Assembly (NCBI RefSeq): GCF_006345805.1
Contig: NC_043010.1
Coordinates: 47,182,001-47,246,000 of the forward strand
Origin: Octopus sinensis
Lineage: Eukaryota
Length of the DNA stretch: 64,000 nucleotides
Direction: 5' to 3'
A program made the position numbers and the translations under genes. Every line of letters starts with the position of its first letter. The first letter of the stretch is position 1. Under the pieces are notes generated by a model. The model searched no databases. It saw only the letters and a program-made list of their open reading frames with translations, and had not been told where the DNA came from. This document shows positions 23,757 through 37,131 of this stretch, piece after piece.

Positions 23757-24624
23757 CTATAATACCTTGATATAAGAGTTAATTTGTTCCCGGAGACTGC
23801 TTGTAAAGTGAAAACTCAAGGCAGAGCAGTAATTTCCCATAGTAGCAATGTTATAAATTGTAATTCGCTCTTAGAAAAATATTTTACCTATAAAATTTAT
23901 AAAACTCATAAACTGAGACCCCCACTTCGGTCATGACTGACCATGGGATCGCACCTAGAAAGTTACCCTCCCAGGCAAGGTTGTTTATGGAAGACCAGCA
24001 GTCGCCCATGCATACCGGCCTCCCCTCTCCACGCCACCAGTATTATCCAAGGGAAACGTAACAGCCGATACAGCTTGGCACCAGTGATGTCACAACTCAT
24101 TTCTACAGCTGAGTGAACTGGAGCAACATGAAATAAAGTGTCTTGCTCAAGAACACAACACGCAGCCCGGTCCGGGATTCGAACTCACAACCTCACGATC
24201 GTAAGCTCGACGCTCTAACCTTCACAAAACTCATAAATAAATGGCAATAAAACATCAATAGAATGTAAAGAATATTTTCTGTAAAGTAAAAAGAATATCA
24301 AGATCATTTATAACAGAAACTATTATTACCATAATCATTTTCTGAATCACTTTCACTTTCATTAGATGCATGCACACCATCACTTCTGGATGTTATTGCT
24401 AATTCACAAGCACTTGTACATGGACTTGTAGATTTCTTTTTAAAAAACAATTCTAGAGTTGTGTGCTTAGAAGCTTTTTATTGCTCTCTATAAATTTCTT
24501 GGTAACATGCAGAAGCATTTGTAATGGTAGTAGAAACTTTTGCACTTCATTCAAGATTTGGATCTTGTGCTTGAAAAATAAACTTGTAAGCCCAAGTGGG
24601 TTTGTGTAAAGTGAGGTATTACTG
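23757..24624 (-). mobile_element. Tigger/pogo-like deletion derivative with nested SINE
   Basis: TA-flanked imperfect TIRs (CTATAATACCTTG / CAGTAATACCTCA); homologous to 38095-38840. Confidence 0.65.
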
Positions 24625-24984
24625 TAATTGCAAAATGTTGTTTGTTCCAGATCAGTCCTGAATTGAGCCACCTTTTAATGAAAAGCATTCAAGCAAAGGC
24701 AATCCCGTCTATTTTGAAGCATAGCATACCCCAGACTGTATTACTCCTTTTTTTTATTGTCCCTGGTGTAAAATCTCCTCTCCATCTTCTCACTTAGGCT
24801 TATGACGTAGTATTATACCTGCCACTTTTTTTCACTATTTCAAGCACCCCATCTTAAATCTGCAGGGTATTTCTTAATCCTTTGTTTTTATTTGTATTTA
24901 CAATTTAATTTTCATTTTATAAAGTATTTTTGTAAGAATGTAATAGATATTTTGAGAAGAAAACACAAGTCTAACAGATATACA

Positions 24985-25355
24985 CATCTGAGCACCTTTT
25001 CAAACTCCACCTGTCTAACACCCGTGGACATGTTTACAAAGTCAGAAAACAGCACAGCTCCCATGACTTTCGGAAACATTTTTTCATGCTAAGAGTTGCT
25101 GAAGTATGGAACAAACTGCTGGCATCAGTTGTTAGTTGTCGGAGCACTGCATCTTTCAAAACTTCCATGCTTCCTGAGATTCGCCAACACTACACCTAAT
25201 TTTCTCCCCTCCTTACACACACAAGCATATATCTGACTCATACACTGTTCACTTTCTAGACATTTGTACATTACTGCATATGCTTTATACGCACTTTTGA
25301 CAAGTTGTGGTGCACCTGGGCACTGTATACAATAATTTCATTATTATTATTATTA
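24985..25355 (+). mobile_element. CR1-group LINE 3' end
   Basis: Same family; more fragments at 20770-21050(-), 48095-48195(+), 61650-61875(-). Confidence 0.85.
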
Positions 25356-25790
25356 TCTATTAAAATAGAGTAAAGGACAAGCCAACAAGGAAAGAACATG
25401 TTAGTTCATATAGTCCTAGTTCTAGATACTTTAAAAAGGGATGGTTGTATCTGGAATGCTTTTTATCATAGGTCAGCTGGATCAGGGTTGACCTGGGGTT
25501 AAACAACAATAACGATTGAATAAAGGAAATAAAATAACAAGACACAGGAGAATATTGCTCATTATTCTTATCAAGAACAATGTAGATTTTTATTTTGTAA
25601 AAACAAGAGATTTTTAAGTGGCGCAAGTTGTGTATTTACATTAGAAACAAAAAGTAAAAATATTGGACTGAAGTCTAAGAAGAAGCGAGAGAGAGAGAGA
25701 GAGAGAGAATAAAAAAAGTGAGACTGAACAAATAAATATAGCTCAATAAATAAAATGGAAATTAAAATCTTGATTGGTCAAGAATTTTAT

Positions 25791-25829
<39 letters not shown>

Positions 25830-28329
25830 TAGGGTTGTAGAAAAAAAAAAAAAAAGTTATTCAGGAGAATTTAAAGAGCAGGAAGAAATTTTTTGCAAAG
25901 TCCAAAAATGGAGAAAAGTTCTTTAATTTTTTTCTTTAAAAAAAAAAAAAAAATGTGAGGGGGTAAGGGAGAGGAAGGAAAGAAAGAGAGAAAGTAAATG
26001 AAATATGAAGAAGCTTTTTTTTTTTTGAAATTTTTTTTGTAAAGTAAAATATTTGTTACAATATCTCCATAGTTTTTTTTTTTATGACAAACTGTTGCTG
26101 TCCATCATCACAGTAGGTAAGCAAAGGTAACCATTGGCAGAGTTTCTTCGATTTTAAACCGAGCCAAGGTGGGGGGTGGGGGCGGGAGTGGGATTCGAAA
26201 AGAAGACAACAACTGCTGTTTAAAACAGACTGCTTGATTTGTGATAGAAGAAATCTTGCAAGGTGAAAGGGTTAGGGGGTAAAAATAAGACAACCTTTAA
26301 AAAAAATAAGGTTAAAAAAAAAAAAAAAAAAAAGGAAAGTAGAATTCTCTGCTAACAGCAATGTTAACAGCCTGAAGAACGAGTCTACTTATAAAGATTA
26401 TATGGTCATTATCGTTCTTCTTTATTTATCGTTATTAATATTTTAATTTTTTTCTTCTTTAAACACCCATGTAGCAAATAAATAACACTATTAGTACTAA
26501 TATTACCATCATATGGCACCCGTGGAAATGCAGTTTTTATTACATAGGTTTCAAGAGTCAACTGCTGCACGGACTTACCATTTAACAGTCAGCCAAGTAA
26601 AATTAGGGGTGTTAGAGTAGTATGTATGTTTGGGTAACGAATGGGTGGAATCAAATAAAAAAAAATTAAAAATATGCCATGCTGATTTTTTTTTTTTTTT
26701 TACAATTTCTGTGTATTAATTATGGATGGAAAGAAGATGCTGCGTGGATTTAGCCATTGATTTCACCCCTTAGCATTCAGATTATTTATTCACATTGTTT
26801 CGAATTAATTATGGCATTATTTTGTAGCTTCAAGACCTCGATGATGTGATTGTTTAGTTTTAGACTGACATTGTAAGGTAGGTGTGAGAGGCTGGATCTG
26901 GCCAATTTGAACATAAATCAGGTAGAATATTTGGGCTTGATATGGCCAATTTAAATGCTAGAAGGTTAAACAAAAAGTAAATAAACAGATAAATACAAAA
27001 TAAAAAGAAATTTGCTACATTAGTTGATAGGTGTCCTTCTTCCCAATAAATTTTGTAAAGAATTAACAGTTACATTCCTTTAGTGTATTCTAAATTAATG
27101 AAAAACTTCATTTTATTTATAAGAAATACTGAATTTCTAAATCTCTTGTAGAGACATGTACGGTGGTGGGGCGATAGAATGGTTGTATACTGTCAATTTT
27201 TAATCTTTAATTAACAACAAGTAACTATTGAAAGTAGGAAAGACATGATCCGAATGTAACTTTTTAAGTTGAATTGCAGTAACTTTCCACAATAGATGTT
27301 AAGTTTCATTTTCTCTTAGATTTTTGTGTATAGCTTTTTGTTGTTTTTAAAATTTCATTTTGTTTCTTTACATTATTTATTGTTAATCATGGGAAATTAC
27401 CTTTGTTATGAATGATGGAGTTCATTAACTAAGGCATAATTTTTTTTCGTTTTTTTTTTTTTTTTTTTTCCTTTTACATAGGTCCCAGGTTTTGAATTTA
27501 TAGGGTAAAGGGCAAGGAAGAATATCAAGGGTATTAGTATCACAAGGGAAGTGAGATGGTCATAACTGGAACACGAAACAACCTGGTCATGAACTTGGCT
27601 CATCTAACCTCCCTTCTCTTTTGATTTCTTTTTGGCAGGACACCTGGCCTTAGATTTCTAAGGAGATTGTAAACAAGAAGTAGTGTGAAGTTTAATGCCT
27701 TTCCCAAGGACATTAGCAATGGTTACAACTCAGAATGAAGGCCAGGCTGCCGATACAGTTCAGCATGAACTTAGCTTTCTGCTCTTGTGGCTGACATGGA
27801 TTGTGGATGTCAAATATAAGCATAAGAATATGCCAAGTAGGACATAATGATTTACTTGGATTAAAAAGAAACAAAACAAACCGATATCAAAGGTGTTTGT
27901 CTGAAAATAAAATCTGAATATTTATTTCAAAATATGAAATAGAAAAGGTTACCTTTTTTTTTTTCATCTATAGATGAAATCATGGATTCATCTATAGATG
28001 AAAAAGATGATTCCAGAAAATCTTTAATAAATTACTGATTTAGTTGATCTATTTTCACCTGTGTGTAAAACCATCTTGTAAAGTTTCTAGTCCTTATATA
28101 TAAGTTATATGTTATCAGTGGCTTAAAATATCATATTACTTTATTGTAGTTTAATTATTTTAACTATCAATTATTTATGGTATTTAAATATGATCTGACA
28201 TTTTTCCAGTGATTGTACATTTTTTTCTGTGACCTCATCAAAGGGATAAATATTTCTCCTAATGTATTTGAGTTCTATTCAGGAATTTCTCAAAAGCAAT
28301 AGTGGGCAGGTAGGGTAAAGAGACAGAAC

Positions 28330-28680
28330 TGACTTTAACTAAGAATCCAGCCAGTGAATGCAATTTGCTGGAGACTTATCCCTATTATAGCACTTTCTTC
28401 AATAGAATCCATCACCTTCGTAGGCCTTTCAAAACTGGTGAGACTGATGCAATTAATGTTTGGTTTGAACACTTGTAGGGTAGATGTGGGCAAAGAGTGA
28501 ATTCCAGAAGGCTAAAGCACTGGAGATGCAGTATTGGGTAAAGTATTTAGGGAAGGATATGGATGATAAGAAGCTGGGGTGAGACAGCTGCAAAAATTGT
28601 GGTAAAGTCCTGGTAAGTTGTACTTATATAAAACAGTTTTCATTTCCCAGCTCAGTCATTTAACTTAATTTACTCCTGAT
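28330..28680 (-). mobile_element. L2/Crack-like LINE 3' remnant
   Basis: SALAFWNSL...FKPNINCISLTSF-like; related tails at 53990-54130 and 16375-16450. Confidence 0.45.
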
Positions 28681-29684
28681 TGAGATGATTGATACATCTC
28701 AGACACAATGGTCTTTTTCATATTTTTTTTGAAAAGCAGCATAAACAAAACTAAAGACCCAGTTTTCAACAATGCAACAGAGCTTTCTGTTTTGTTTTCT
28801 AATTTACTGCAGCATTTTATAATCTTGAAAGAAAAACACACATACACACATGCATAAAAAAACAAAAACGTTATTTATGACTGAATGGTTGAAAGCAGAA
28901 AAAAAAAGCGGAGTACAAGAAGAGAGGTTTGGTGTAAAGAAAGAAAATAATTGTTTCAAATTTTAGCACAAGGCCAGCAATTCAAGGGAAGGTGGTAACT
29001 GATTATACCGACTCTAGTACTTCACTGATACTTTATTTAATTGACCCCGAAGAATAAAAGGTAGAGCTGATGTTGGCAGGATTTGAACTCAGTGTTAGAG
29101 CTGGAAGAAATGCTGCTAGGCATTTTGTCTGACATGCTAACAAATCTGCCAGCCCAACAGCAAATATAGTCACATCAGTTCTGTGAATTTCAAAGACCTT
29201 TACGATTTAGAAGCAAAAAGAGGAATTGTTACTTTTTAACTAAAATTGCTATGATGATGGTAGAGTCTGTAAACTATATTTCTATATTATTGAAAATAGT
29301 TTGATTTGGCTCCATGTGACTTCGGGCTTCTGTTAGAGGCCTGCAAAACTTCAAGTCACATGAAGCTGAATCAAACTGTTTTAAATAATGCACATAACTC
29401 CTACTAAATGAGTTGAGTGCTTTTTCCTTTCATCTATCCACTCACTCATATATAATATATATATATTTATTTATTTTCAAAAGCATCTAACATCAAATGG
29501 TGTAGTCTTCACCTAATTGCTCCTGACCAATCAGAAGTGCCTGGACTGGTATCTCACTAATAATATACATTCATTTGCTGTTGTCTCCTCATAAACTCTA
29601 CATGAGCTGAGTACTCTTATAACCTGTGCTTTGACATGAAATTCTAGGCCCTTCAGTAATTCCTGTAGAATCCTCAACTGATCT

Positions 29685-30050
29685 CTTTTACTTGTTTCAG
29701 TCATTTGACTGTGGCCATGCTGGAGCACGACCTTTAGTCGAGCAAATTGACCTCAGGACTTATTCTTTGTAAGCTTAGTACTTATTCTATCGGTCTCTTT
29801 TGCTGAACAACTAAGTTACGGGGACGTAAACACACCAGCATCGGTTGTCAAGCGATGTTGGGGCGACAAACACAGACACACAAACACACACATATATACA
29901 TATGACGGGCTTCTTTCAGTTTCTGTCAACCAAATCCACTCACAAGGCTTTGGTTGGCCTGAGGCTATAGTAGTTGCCACGCAGTGGGACTGAACCCGGA
30001 ATCATGTGGTTGGTAAGCAAGCTACTTACCACACAGCCACTCCTACGCCT
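29685..30050 (-). mobile_element. SINE B
   Basis: Near full-length copy. Confidence 0.85.
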
Positions 30051-31984
30051 AAAAAAAACACACACACACACAAACAAACAAAAATCATTTATTCTTAGCG
30101 TCTGCATGATAACATGAGGTTATTTCTAGACATGGATGTTAGAAGGTTAGAGCAAGATAAGAAGTAGAATTTTCGGTGGTATGAAATTAATTTCAAAATG
30201 TTGCAATAATGATTCTTTGAAAAAAAAAAATTAAATTTTACTTTAGTCTTGAGGAAAAAAGATCAATTATGGAAGAAATATAAAAATAAGCTTGGTCTTG
30301 ATAAAAGAGAGAAATAAATAGAAATATCAAAAAGAAAAGATTAAATAAAATAAAAAAAATGAACAAGAAAACAAAAGAGTCAAATAAGAAAAAATTAAAA
30401 GCCGAAAGGATAAATGTTCAATACTGATTAAGAGAGGTGGTGGGTGACATCAGACCAAAAGTAATAAAAAAAAAAAACAAGAAAAAAAAAAGGTGTATTT
30501 TGACCTCAACTGAGCAATGTCAACATTAACTGTGTGTTCTTTATATACAACAACAGCCTCTCAGGTAGGCTTATTGCTGGAGGACGTTTACAGAAAGGAG
30601 AGGTGACAGGAAATTGTAATGTTCATGCATTTTGCAAGAATATCATTGTGATGAGTATAAATAAAAATACAGTTAATATAAAAAAACTGAAACTGGGGTA
30701 TGGGGACTTAGCCACTTACTCTATGTTTATTAGGGCAAGTTGTATGATTAGATGTATAGATAGCATTAATGAAGTATGCTATTTTTAACATAGGCACAAG
30801 GCTGAAGTTAATATTGATTTCTAATTTTGGCACAAGGCCAGCAATTTCAGAGAAGTAGGTAAGTTGATTACATCAATCCCCAGTGCTCAACTGGTACTTA
30901 TTTTATCGACCCCGAAAGGATGAAAGGCAAAGTTGAACTCAGAACGTAAAGACAGATGAAATACTGCTAAGCATTTCACCCGGCATGCTAACGATTCAGC
31001 CAGCTCACCGCCTTAAGATTGAAGTTAATCTTAACTCACATTATGGCTAATTCAATTAAGCACAGAATATTTAGGATAATTACAGAACATTCAGAACATA
31101 GTGGGGACAAGACTTATAGATTATCATTCACAAGTTTCAGTCTTTGGAGTGTGATCATGCTGGAGCAACATTTAGAAGGGTTTAGCTGAAAAAAAAAAAA
31201 AATTGATCCCAGTATTTATTTTTCTATGTTTGGTACATATTCTATTGGTCTCCTTTTTCAAAACTGCTAAGTTATGAGAATGTAAACAAACCAGCACTGG
31301 TTGTCAAGTGTTGGTGGTGGTAGGGGACAAACACAGACACACACATACATACATATAGTATAAACAAGATTCAGTTGAGGCACCTAGTTAGGCCGGAATA
31401 AAATGCAACCACACCAATTTTTAGATGAATACCAATCTTGGTACAGAAGTATCGGCAGAATGATATTTGGGTAATGTATGCAGTTAATCTGACCCGAGTA
31501 TATAATCCACTCTTGAGCTATTTAGACATGTACATTTTATTAAATATACAGTCCATAATATACTTCAGAACACGTGAGGAGCATGTTCTTGAGAATTAAA
31601 AATAAATGACACTTGTCCTTCAATTGTTACTTATTCATCATCGTCATTTAATGTCCGCTTTCCATGCTAGCATGGGTTGGACGATTTGACTGAGGGCTGG
31701 CGAACCAGATGGCTAAACCAGGCTCCAATCTAATCTGGCAGAGTTTCTACAGCTGGATGCCCTTCCTAACGCCAACCACTCCGAGAATGTAGTGGGTGCT
31801 TTTATGTGCCACCAGCACGAGGGCCAGCAAGTTCGAGAGAGGGGTTAAGTTGATTACATCAATCCCAGTTTTCAACTGGTACTTTTTTGACTTTCTAACA
31901 AATCTATCAATTCATCACCATCATTATAATAATTGTAGTAGTAGTAGTAGCAGCAGCAGCAGAAGAAGTAGCAGATTGAAATTA

Positions 31985-32220
31985 ACAGGATGTGAAATAT
32001 GGAGATTGGAATAATGTCAGCTCTAGAACTCATGCTGAAGGGGAAAAGTTCATTAACCATATATCCAAGCAACATCAACATCTATAAATTCCTGAAGATT
32101 GCCCTACTGAGAACAGCCCACATGCTCTGGAGAATTCTGACATCTTCCCTATAACACCTTAGGCTCATAGCTTGGACCTAGCTCTACAGTACATATAAGA
32201 ACATACAAAAAAAAAAAAAG
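31985..32220 (+). mobile_element. R4/Dong-like non-LTR 3' end with polyA
   Basis: KFLKIALLRTAHMLWRIL resembles the R4-clade C-terminus IQK.ALLGTA.ILR; an A-run follows at about 32208-32219. Confidence 0.55.
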
Positions 32221-32609
32221 GTAAAAATAAAGAACAGTTACTTCTAAATCAGATAAAAAGGCTAAAAATTTGCAGGGAGGGCTGAGGCACTCCATCATGA
32301 TGAGTGTTCCAGTTGATTAGATCAATGGAACACCCTACTTAATTGGTTGAGTATACCACAGGCACAAGTACCTTTAACATAGTTCTCAAGGAGATTCAGC
32401 ATGGCACAATGAATGTGACAAGGCTGGCCCATTGGACTACAAGAACAGCTTTTTACCAGCTGAGTGGACTGGAGTAACATGAAATAAAGTATCTCACTCA
32501 GACATAATGTGTCTGTGTCATTGGGAACTGAACTCGTGACCTTACAATCATGAGCTGAATACACTAACTACTGAGTCATGTGCCTTCACTGTAGGAAGGA
32601 AATAGCCTA

Positions 32610-33330
32610 TTATATCAACCCCCAGTAGTAGACTAGTACTCATTGACCCTGGAGAGGTAGAGGAAAGATACAAATTGACCTCACAAGCACAAAGCCTCAA
32701 ATTATGAAATAGGACACAGTCAACTGATATCAGTATCTAACTGGTACTTATTTTATTGACACTGGAAGGATGAAAGGCAAAATTGACCCTTCATGAAATT
32801 TGTATTCAGAATGTAAAGAGCTAGAGGAAATGCTGATAGGCATTTTGTTCCACATGCTAATGATTCTGACAGCTTGCTGCCTTAATAATAATAATAATAA
32901 TAATAATAATGGTTTCAAATTTTGGCACAATGCCAGCAGTTTCTTGAGGGGAGGGAGCTAGTCGATTACATCAACCCCAGTACTTTATTGGTACTTATTT
33001 TGTCAACCCCAAAAGGATGAAAGGCAAAGTTGACCTTGGTGGAATTTGAACTCAGAACTTAGCGACAGACAAAATGCCACTAAGCATTTTGCCCAGTATG
33101 CTAATGATTCGGCCAGCTTGCCACCTTAATAATAATAATGTGTCAAATTTTGGCACAAGGCCAGCAATTGCAGAGGGATTAGTTGATTACATTGATCCCA
33201 GTTCTATATTTTATCAACCCCGGAAGCATGAAAGGCAACGCTGACCTTGGCAAGATTTGAACTCAGAACGTCAAGAGCCAGAACAAATACTACAAAACCA
33301 GTTTTGTTTCAAACACTCTAATGACTGTGC
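32610..33330 (-). mobile_element. Tandem cluster of about 4 SINE A copies separated by (AAT)n
   Basis: Repeated aaaggatgaaaggcaaa...gaatttgaactcagaa blocks. Confidence 0.8.
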
Positions 33331-33819
33331 CAGCTTCTTACTACCTACCTACTACTACTACTTCTACTACCACTACTGATGATGATGATGATGATGCTTT
33401 TTGTTTGCTTTACATTTTAGGGACAAGGAAGATGGGAAATATAATGTTAAAGCTTTTCACAAAGATTATTAATGGATATATTAACCTAGACAACCACATC
33501 CTCTTCTACCCATTCCACACATATTTGACTTCTTTCCTAGACGCAAATAACAAATGTAAAAAAGAAACAATAAAAAAAATTCTTATAAGTTCCAAAGCTG
33601 GATTCCACAAGCAGTGGATAATCAATGATTAATTTTATTCTCTTTTCTATTTCAACCCATTTATTGTGGAAATCAGAAATAGCTACTCAAAATTTCATAC
33701 CCTTAACTGCAGGAAGCAGTTTTATATATCAATCTATTTTCTGTTTGAAACTATTTTTTTGTTGTGATATGTCATTAAGTTGCTGTTTGGAACATAAGTT
33801 TACACAGAATTTTAATAGG

Positions 33820-34085
33820 AAGCTAGAGCATCTTACCAGGGCTTTACTCTCATCTGACACAGCAGCTGTGAGCTTGAAGAGGTCTCATAGCAGGCACCAC
33901 ATCGGGTGACTGGATGTAATTAAGGAAGATCTCCAGGGGTTCAATGTCATCTTGGAGGATGCAGAGGGGCTTGCATGGGACTGCCAGCAATGGAGAGCAC
34001 TGATGGACTTGGTCAGCTCTATGCATGATGACACCCCTGGGACCACTAACCTGGGATGACCCCAGCTTCATCAAGCAAGCAAGTG
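33820..34085 (+). mobile_element. RTE-like 3' end with (CAAG)n tail
   Basis: LDVIKEDLQGFNVILEDAEGLAWDCQQWRALM, then a short tandem tail. Confidence 0.55.
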
Positions 34086-34334
34086 TATCAAGTTTACTGA
34101 GGATTTATAACTTGCAGAAAAAAACAATTTTATTTTTTGGTAGATATTTAACATCATATCATTACTGGAACAGACATGAAATTAATTCAGCAGTTAAAAT
34201 ATTAACCCTTATCAAACAAACTTGCATGAGATGGCTCCTAGTTTCATGATACAAACTTCCATTTTTAAAGTAATCTAATTGAAAGTGTCCCATTAAAATT
34301 TTGTGTAAACTTACATTCCAAACAGCAACTTAAT

Positions 34335-34547
34335 CCTTTCTACTCTAGGTAAAAGCCTGAAATTTCAGGAGCGGGGCAAGTTGATTACATCGAACCCCAG
34401 TACTCAATTGGTACTTATTTTATCAACCCCAAAAGGATGAAAGATAAAGCTGATCGCAGCAGAATTTGAACTCAGGACATATGGACAAATGAAATGCCAC
34501 TAAGCATTTTGGCTGGTGTGCTAATGATTCTGCCAGCTCGCCACCTT
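34335..34547 (-). mobile_element. SINE A with 13-bp TSD
   Basis: ACAGCAACTTAAT at 34322-34334 and 34548-34560. Confidence 0.85.
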
Positions 34548-36631
34548 ACAGCAACTTAATAATGACAATTATTTTACTAAATTCTTCATTATTTGAAACT
34601 AAAGCAGTGTTATTTCAACAGAAATACAATAACAAAAGAGTTAAACCTAACAAATGACTTAAACTAGGATTCCCCTATGGTCACTTGATCTGCTAAAAAT
34701 AGCAGTTGAATTGCTCTGAAATCATGCACTACCATCTTAAAGAAGGACACTTTGGCTAGTACAGTACCTCATACATATGAGATGGTTATAGCTGAAGCAA
34801 CTTCACAGGACTGCTGAATTAAGGCTGACACAGCGTTAAGCCACAACAGCATCACCTAACAATTTAGGGCATGAGAGCATGAGAAATTGGTGAAAAGTGC
34901 CTGGCCTGTTTGCAGTGGAATATAGAATTTTCACTTGGGTGAATCAGTGGTGCCACACTTATATACCGAATCCATTATTTTTTCTTACAACGACTAGAGC
35001 TAGATACCCCTAAACAGATGGAATGGTCATAGCTGGAATAGTTTTTGACCATAAGTTTATTTAATCAGGACTGACCTGCAGGTTAAAATAAGAACAACAG
35101 AAGTATCTAAATTATGCTCTATCAAAATACATACCAACAGAAGAGAAATAAGAACAGACTACAGGTAACAAACATACGACAGAAAGAAAATAAATAAGTT
35201 AAAAAAGAAAAAGAGAGATAAAAAGCTTCCACCAAAAATGAAGAAGAATAAAGAAATCATTTCATGGAAGGAAGGAGAGGAGCAAATTAAAAAAACAAAG
35301 AGGTAGAGGGTATGTGCTTGCCTCTGTGTGTATGCGTGTGTATATATGTATGCATATATGTGTGTGTGAATATATGTATGTGTGTATGTATGTATATATG
35401 TATGTATGTATGTATATATATATATATAGATGAGCCTACGTGGGAGGTCCTATGTGGCTGCTTGGTCTGCTAGAAATAACAACCTAATTTCTTGCAAATA
35501 GCAACAACCTACCATCTTAAGAAAGGGAAGGACAGGATAACATTGACGATCTAAGATTAACTTTGTATGTCTGGAAAAAAATAACTCATTAGGTTACTGC
35601 ATTACTTAGCCAAGGTGGAATCAGTGTTGTCTGACTTCAGTATATTTTAGCAAAATGTCTGGATTTAAATATATGGGTGTTTGTATGCGTTGGGAAAAAT
35701 TTAGATGCTACAAAAAAAAAAATAAGATTAAAGAACCACAAGAATTTTGGTTTTGACCTGATAGCAATTTAAAAAGTATCAAACTATTCTGTGAGAGAGA
35801 GCGGAGGGGGAGATAGAGAGAGTGAGAGAGAGAGACTGAGAAACAGAGAAAAAGAGAGAGAGAGAGGGGAGAGAGAGAGAGAACTATTAATCATGTTTAT
35901 TGAATTATTGTTATGAGAAGATTCAATCATAGTACTGTAAAAAAAAAAAACAAAAACAACCCCACAAATTACAACTGTTAATTTCCACTTTGAACTACGC
36001 TCAATAACAAAGCTGTTCACTCTCTTTCTCTCTCTAATTCTCTATTTTTACCAGCCGTATAGTCAGGTAAACAGTAGGGCAGGTTTGTTGAGGGAATGGG
36101 TTTTTTTTTTTGGTTTTTGAAATTTCTGTTATTATTTTAAACAATGTCATGGCCCATGAAACATCATACTATAACGTCAGTGATAGAAGTACAGACACAT
36201 TAGCCATAACAGGGGACAGTTCATATACTTGTTGCCCATTGGGTGGACTGGTCCGGGGAAAAAAAATGGGTGGGTTGGTGGAATATCCTGGTGGAATACA
36301 GGCATAACATCATATAATCAGTGACTTTCGTTCAAACAATTGTGTATTCTAGAAAGGCTTCACAACCACACTGCTCGGTCACTAACCAGTGATAGATAGC
36401 TGGAGTGTTTCTCCTCTGTGAGTGTTCAGTGTTAAATTAGGGAATGGTGAATGGTTCTTCACCGGGACTTATATAGTGTAATGGAAATAAATAGTGAGGG
36501 TGGGTGAGGGGCAGGCTTCATTGAGAAAGAGCGAGATATTAGACAGAAAATGAGGAGGGAATGATAGAGCATTTCTTTTTTATTATAGTTTTGTGTTGTT
36601 TTTGTGTTGTGTCTGGCATTGTCAAATAACA

Positions 36632-36745
36632 GCAAGCAGGCAGGCATGCAGACAAACTGACTGACTGGCAGACAGACAGACGGGCAGGCAGGCAGGCAGG
36701 CAGGTAGGCAGGCAGACAGGCAGGTAGGTAGGTAGATAGGTAGGT
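36632..36745 (-). repeat. Compound (CCTA)n(CCTG)n(TCTG)n tetranucleotide repeat in the probable EXOC6 3'UTR
   Basis: Plus strand reads caggcagg/cagacaga/taggtagg, about 240 nt downstream of the stop codon. Confidence 0.85.
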
Positions 36746-36986
36746 ATTTAGGCAGGATATTATGGACTTGGTTAAGTAATGTAGTCTTTCCATATTTCCC
36801 TCTCACCTCTGCTCTGCTTCTGATCTGCTGGCAACCCTCCCTTGAGTCCACTACAGATAAATAAAAAAAAGAAAGAATGGGGGTAAGGGGGTGAAAGGAA
36901 ATAAAACAACCAGGAAGAGGAGAAGGAAAGGAAGGATTGTGGAAGGAGAGTCAGTTGAGGTCCTATAACCAACCCCAGCTAAACCA

Positions 36987-37131
36987 TTACTGGCCACTGC
37001 CTTGCTGAGGGGCTGTCCCATTCACTAGACCTTTTAATTGTTTTAGCACTGTGTCTAGAAGCTTCTTTTTGTCTCTTTCATTTTTCTTCAATGGTGTAAA
37101 CATGAATTTCTTCTTATCTCCACTATTTAAC
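36987..37131 (-). CDS. EXOC6: EXOC6 last coding exon (LNSGDKKK...QQGSGQ*)
   Basis: ttgcag|G TTA...TAA, 145 nt. Candidate AATAAA signals at 36579-36584 and 35896-35901 (minus strand). Confidence 0.95.

Noticed and set aside
27400-27820. Possible LINE endonuclease remnant
   Set aside because: Too degenerate to support by eye.
32610-33330. CRISPR-like or satellite array
   Set aside because: Eukaryotic context; the units are diverged SINE copies, not repeat-spacer units.
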